From assembly GCA_031459915.1 (NCBI GenBank), contig JAVKHO010000001.1:25492-89491 (forward strand): a DNA stretch of 64,000 nt, read 5' to 3'. The notes under the pieces were generated by a model that was not told the DNA's origin, did no database searches, and worked only from the letters and a program-made list of their open reading frames with translations. This document shows positions 60,859-64,000 of the stretch, piece by piece. The translations under genes were made by a program, and so were the position numbers. Within the stretch, counting starts at the first letter, position 1; every line of letters begins with the position of its first letter. This stretch comes from Candidatus Tepidifontimicrobium thermophilum (lineage in GTDB: Bacteria; Sysuimicrobiota; Sysuimicrobiia; Sysuimicrobiales; Sysuimicrobiaceae).

Positions 60859-61887
60859 CTACAGCACCCGGGTGACCTTCCGCAATCCGCGAGGCCGGTC
60901 CGGGTCGGTCCCCCGCCGCACGCCGAGGTGGTAGCTGAACAGCTGGACCGCTACCGCGTAGACGTGGGGGGTGAGTTCCTCCGGGGTCCCCGCCGGCACC
61001 TCCAGCCCGTGCTGCACGCAGCCCAACACCGCAGGGTCGGAGGACACCACCGCCACCTGGGCTCCCCGCCGGCCCAGCATACGCACCACGTCCTGGAGGT
61101 GTCTCCGGGCCCGACCCGGTGAGGCGACCACCAGCACCGGGAACCCCGGCCCCACCAGCGCCACGGGGCCGTGCAGGAAGTCCGCGGACGACAGGGCCTC
61201 CGCGGGCAGGTACGCGGCTTCCTTCAGCTTCAGGGCCGCCTCCCGAGCGGTGGCGTAGTTGTACCCGCGCCCCGTGACCACGCACGCGGCCGCGCCCTCC
61301 CACCGCCGCGCGAGGTCCGACGCCGCGTCCTCCACCCTCAGCGCGGCGGCCACCTGGCCGGGGAGTCGTTCGTGCGCGCTCACTAGCCGCCGGTCTTTTG
61401 CAGCTTCGGCTGCCAGCACGCTGAGCACGAACAGTTCCGCCACGTACGTCTTCGTCGCGGCCACGCTGCGTTCGCGGCCCGCGTACAGGGGCAGAACAAC
61501 GTGGCTCTCCCGGGCGAGGGGGGAGTCAGGGTCGTTCGTCACCGCCACCGTGAACGCCCCGCCCTGACGCCCGCGCCGGAGGAACGTCACCACGTCGGGG
61601 GACCGGCCGGACTGGGACAGGCCGACCACCCAACTGCCCCGCAGGCGCAACCGTCCCCTGTACAACGTGACCACGGACGGGGCTGCGAGGCTGACCGGCA
61701 CGCCCAGGGTCGCCTCCCACAGGTACCGTCCATACAGGGCCGCGTTGTCGGACGATCCGCGGGCCACGAAGACCACAAGCCCGGGGGGATCCAGCCGCCA
61801 CCGCGCCGCCAGCCGCCGCGCCAGCGGTCGGACGTCGTCCCACAGCCGCTCCAGGACCGCGGGCTGCTCCTGGATCTCCGCGCGCAT
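60859..61887 (-). CDS. tandem-SIS domain sugar-phosphate isomerase/deaminase (AgaS/GlmS C-terminal-like)
   Basis: Two SIS subdomains are present (VFVARGSSDNAA and VVTGRGYNYATAREAALKLKE). The preferred start is the ATG at 61885-61887. The ORF call runs to 61983. It lies in the murQ-anmK operon context. Confidence 0.65.
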   Translation of the reverse strand: MRAEIQEQPAVLERLWDDVRPLARRLAARWRLDPPGLVVFVARGSSDNAALYGRYLWEATLGVPVSLAAPSVVTLYRGRLRLRGSWVVGLSQSGRSPDVVTFLRRGRQGGAFTVAVTNDPDSPLARESHVVLPLYAGRERSVAATKTYVAELFVLSVLAAEAAKDRRLVSAHERLPGQVAAALRVEDAASDLARRWEGAAACVVTGRGYNYATAREAALKLKEAAYLPAEALSSADFLHGPVALVGPGFPVLVVASPGRARRHLQDVVRMLGRRGAQVAVVSSDPAVLGCVQHGLEVPAGTPEELTPHVYAVAVQLFSYHLGVRRGTDPDRPRGLRKVTRVL

Positions 61888-61904
61888 CCAGCGGCCTGGC
61901 TGCT

Positions 61905-63047
61905 TCAAGGGAGGGTCAGGTCTCCCAGGATGACGGGCCTGCGCGCCCCCGTGGCGGAGGGGAGGTTCCCCGGCATCCCCCATGCGGTCATGGCCGCCAG
62001 TACGGCAAACGCCACGGCCTCCTTGAAGTCCGGATCCACCCCCTCTTCCGCCGTGGTCCGCACGGGGACGGGAGCCAGCGCCTCCTGGATCCAGCGCACG
62101 AGGGTCCGGTTGTGCACTCCGCCCCCACTCAGCAGCACCTCATCCACCTTCCCGAGGAAGCGGTACGCGTCCGCCACCGTCCGCGCGGTCAGGTAGGTGG
62201 CAGTAGCCACCAGGTCTGCGTCGGACAGCCCCCGCTGGCGCCCGCGCTCCACCAAGCCGCGCGCGTAGTCAAGCCCGAAGACTTCCCGGCCGGTGCTCTT
62301 TGGGGGCGGCTGCCGGAAGTAAGGGTGGCCGACCAGCTCCTCCACGAGGCCGAGGTGCGGAGTCCCCGCCGCCGCCATGCGCCCGCCCTCATCGTACCGG
62401 GCACCCGTGAGCAGGCGGACCACGCCGTCCACCACCATGTTCCCGGGGCCGGTGTCGAAGGCCAGCACCCCGTCGGGCCCACCGCCTGCGGGGAGCCAGG
62501 TCACGTTGCTGATGCCGCCCAGGTTCTGCACCGCCCGGCTGCGGTGCGGGTGGCTGAACAGCAGCCAGTCCACGTAGGGGACCAACGGCGCCCCCTGTCC
62601 GCCCGCGGCCACGTCGCGGGCCCGGAAGTTGCTCACCACGGGCAGCCCCGTGCGCTCCGCGATCACCGCCGCCTCCCCGATCTGGAGCGTGCTGTGTCCC
62701 GGCACGTGCCAGACCGTGTGTCCGTGGGACCCGATCAGGTGGCAGCGCTGGGGCTGCACCCGTGCGCGGGCCAGGGCCGCCAGCACCGCCTCCGCCAGCT
62801 GCTCGCCCACCTCGAAGTTCCACCGGCAGACCTCCTCGGGGCTGGTCCCGGGACTCGCCAGGCGCAGCAGAGCTTCCCGCACCGTGTCGCTGTACGGCTG
62901 GGTCCACGCAAACAGCGTGCGCACGCGCAGCCGCTCGGCCCGCTGTACCTCGACCACCGCCACGTCCACGCCGTCGCAGGAGGTACCGGACATGACCCCG
63001 ACCACGCACAGGGCCGACTCCGGGTGCGGCCAGCGGAAGTCCGTCAC
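61905..63047 (-). CDS. anmK: anhydro-N-acetylmuramic acid kinase
   Basis: 380 aa from GTG 63045-63047 (GTGA overlap with the murQ stop, RBS GGGGGAG). The N-terminus is VMSGTSCDGVDVA. The 595-aa ORF call is extended. Confidence 0.85.
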   Translation of the reverse strand: MTDFRWPHPESALCVVGVMSGTSCDGVDVAVVEVQRAERLRVRTLFAWTQPYSDTVREALLRLASPGTSPEEVCRWNFEVGEQLAEAVLAALARARVQPQRCHLIGSHGHTVWHVPGHSTLQIGEAAVIAERTGLPVVSNFRARDVAAGGQGAPLVPYVDWLLFSHPHRSRAVQNLGGISNVTWLPAGGGPDGVLAFDTGPGNMVVDGVVRLLTGARYDEGGRMAAAGTPHLGLVEELVGHPYFRQPPPKSTGREVFGLDYARGLVERGRQRGLSDADLVATATYLTARTVADAYRFLGKVDEVLLSGGGVHNRTLVRWIQEALAPVPVRTTAEEGVDPDFKEAVAFAVLAAMTAWGMPGNLPSATGARRPVILGDLTLP

Positions 63048-63946
63048 GTCTCCCCCAACGCCACGCGGACCTGCCCGCCGGCGGCCTGGAGCCTGGCCTC
63101 GGCTTCCTCCGGCCCACAGCCCGTCCGGGCCATGACGATGGCCACCTTCACGTTGCGGCCCGCCCGCTCCAGCCACTCCTCCGCCTCGCGCGCGGACACC
63201 CCTGCCGCCTGCGCCACGATCCGGCTGGCCCGCGCCACCAGCTTGCGGTTCAGGGGCCGGACGTCCACCATGAGGTTCCGGTAGACCTTGCCCAGCCGCA
63301 CCATGGCCGCCGTGCTCAGCATGTTCAGCACCATCTTCTGAGCAGTCCCCGCCTTCATCCGCGTCGAGCCGGCCACCACCTCCGGACCGGTCCGGACGAC
63401 CACCACTACGTCCGCCAGCGCCTCCATGGGCGAACGGGGGTTGTTGCACACCGCGACGACCGCGCAGCCCGCCTCCCGGGCCGCGCGCAGGGCCCCCAGC
63501 ACGTAAGGAGTCCGGCCGCTGGCGGCGAGCCCCACCACGACGTCGCGAGCCGACGGGGCGTGGGCCCGCAGGTCCTCCGCGCCGAGTTCTGCGTCGTCCT
63601 CCAGCTCGGAGCTCGCCTCCACCGTGGAGTTGATCCCGCCCGCCACCACCACCTGGACGGAGCCGGGTTCCACCCCGAAGGTGGGCACCCACTCTACCGC
63701 ATCCAGCCAGCCGATCCGGCCGCTGGTGCCTGCGCCTACGTAGAACACGCGTCCCCCGCGTGCCAAGCGGTCCGCCACCAGCTCCGCGGCGCGCGCCACC
63801 GCCGGCAGCGCCTCCCGGACGGCCCCGGCCACGGTGGCGTCCTCCTCGTTGATGAGCCGCACCACCTCCGCCACGGGCAGCCGGTCCAGCTCCAAGCTAC
63901 GGGGGTTGGGCTGTTCTGTTTCCAGGTCGTCCAGCGTCCCGCTCAC
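63044..63946 (-). CDS. murQ: N-acetylmuramic acid 6-phosphate etherase
   Basis: 300 aa from GTG 63944-63946 (RBS GAGGAGG). It has the single SIS domain motif VGAGTSGRIG and matches the MurQ family in length. Confidence 0.85.
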   Translation of the reverse strand: MSGTLDDLETEQPNPRSLELDRLPVAEVVRLINEEDATVAGAVREALPAVARAAELVADRLARGGRVFYVGAGTSGRIGWLDAVEWVPTFGVEPGSVQVVVAGGINSTVEASSELEDDAELGAEDLRAHAPSARDVVVGLAASGRTPYVLGALRAAREAGCAVVAVCNNPRSPMEALADVVVVVRTGPEVVAGSTRMKAGTAQKMVLNMLSTAAMVRLGKVYRNLMVDVRPLNRKLVARASRIVAQAAGVSAREAEEWLERAGRNVKVAIVMARTGCGPEEAEARLQAAGGQVRVALGET

Positions 63947-64000
63947 GTCAACCTCCTCACACCATCTCCGCCACCGCGTCGAAGAAAGCACGGCGGAACC

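Overview
This ~64 kb window is high-GC (about 70%). Coordinates 1-24.7 kb hold a single same-strand (minus) flagellar/chemotaxis super-locus. The rest is mixed housekeeping and accessory genes on both strands. The window is gene-dense.

The flagellar locus combines three things not usually seen together:
- A Firmicutes-type late-gene block in Bacillus order: yvyF-like, flgM, flgN, flgK, flgL, fliW, csrA, hag, flaG, fliD, fliS, fliT-like.
- Diderm-type rod and ring genes: flgF, flgG, flgA, flgH (L-ring), flgI (P-ring), and a rod-binding-only flgJ.
- An embedded rpoN, plus a sigma54 activator (EBP) that has no DNA-binding domain and a degenerate receiver, next to an HD-GYP phosphodiesterase and cheW/cheA/cheY.

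Reading the intergenic DNA, I found five near-identical sigma54 -24/-12 promoter elements (GGCAC-N6-TGCA), all on the minus strand. They sit upstream of flgF, the MCP gene, the EBP gene, the HD-GYP/che block and flgB. I also found two sigma28-type promoters (TCAA-N15/16-GCCGATA), upstream of flgM and of hag. The hag leader carries duplicated CAAGGAGG motifs that look like CsrA sites.

This points to a two-tier sigma54 then sigma28 flagellar cascade, reminiscent of epsilon-proteobacterial FlgR/RpoN/FliA control, set in a Firmicute-like (possibly Limnochordia- or Symbiobacterium-like) diderm genome. The lineage call is inference. I consider this cascade the most interesting candidate system in the window.

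The remaining content:
- Copper proteins: a cupredoxin next to a NirK-family protein that lacks the catalytic Asp and carries a C-terminal cupredoxin domain.
- Housekeeping: aconitase, acetyl-CoA synthetase, proBA, photolyase, a murQ-anmK recycling operon, and an ATP-dependent DNA ligase.
- RNA genes and an island scar: three tRNAs (Arg-CCU, Ser-CGA, Ser-GGA), with a truncated, frameshifted DUF4143 ATPase pseudogene next to tRNA-Ser(CGA).
- Other accessory genes: an orphan form-II CoxL-like molybdoenzyme subunit, a MarR regulator with a Cys/His-rich tail divergent from a secreted cupredoxin-like protein, a REC-degenerate-GGDEF protein that retains an I-site, a TetR-HlyD-ABC (MacAB-like) efflux operon, and a three-gene operon of unknown function (one membrane and two secreted proteins).

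Many very long ORFs in the six-frame track, such as the 1260-aa, 1070-aa and 706-aa ones, are high-GC artefacts and were rejected. All start sites, promoter calls and family assignments come from reading the sequence by eye. None is checked against a database.
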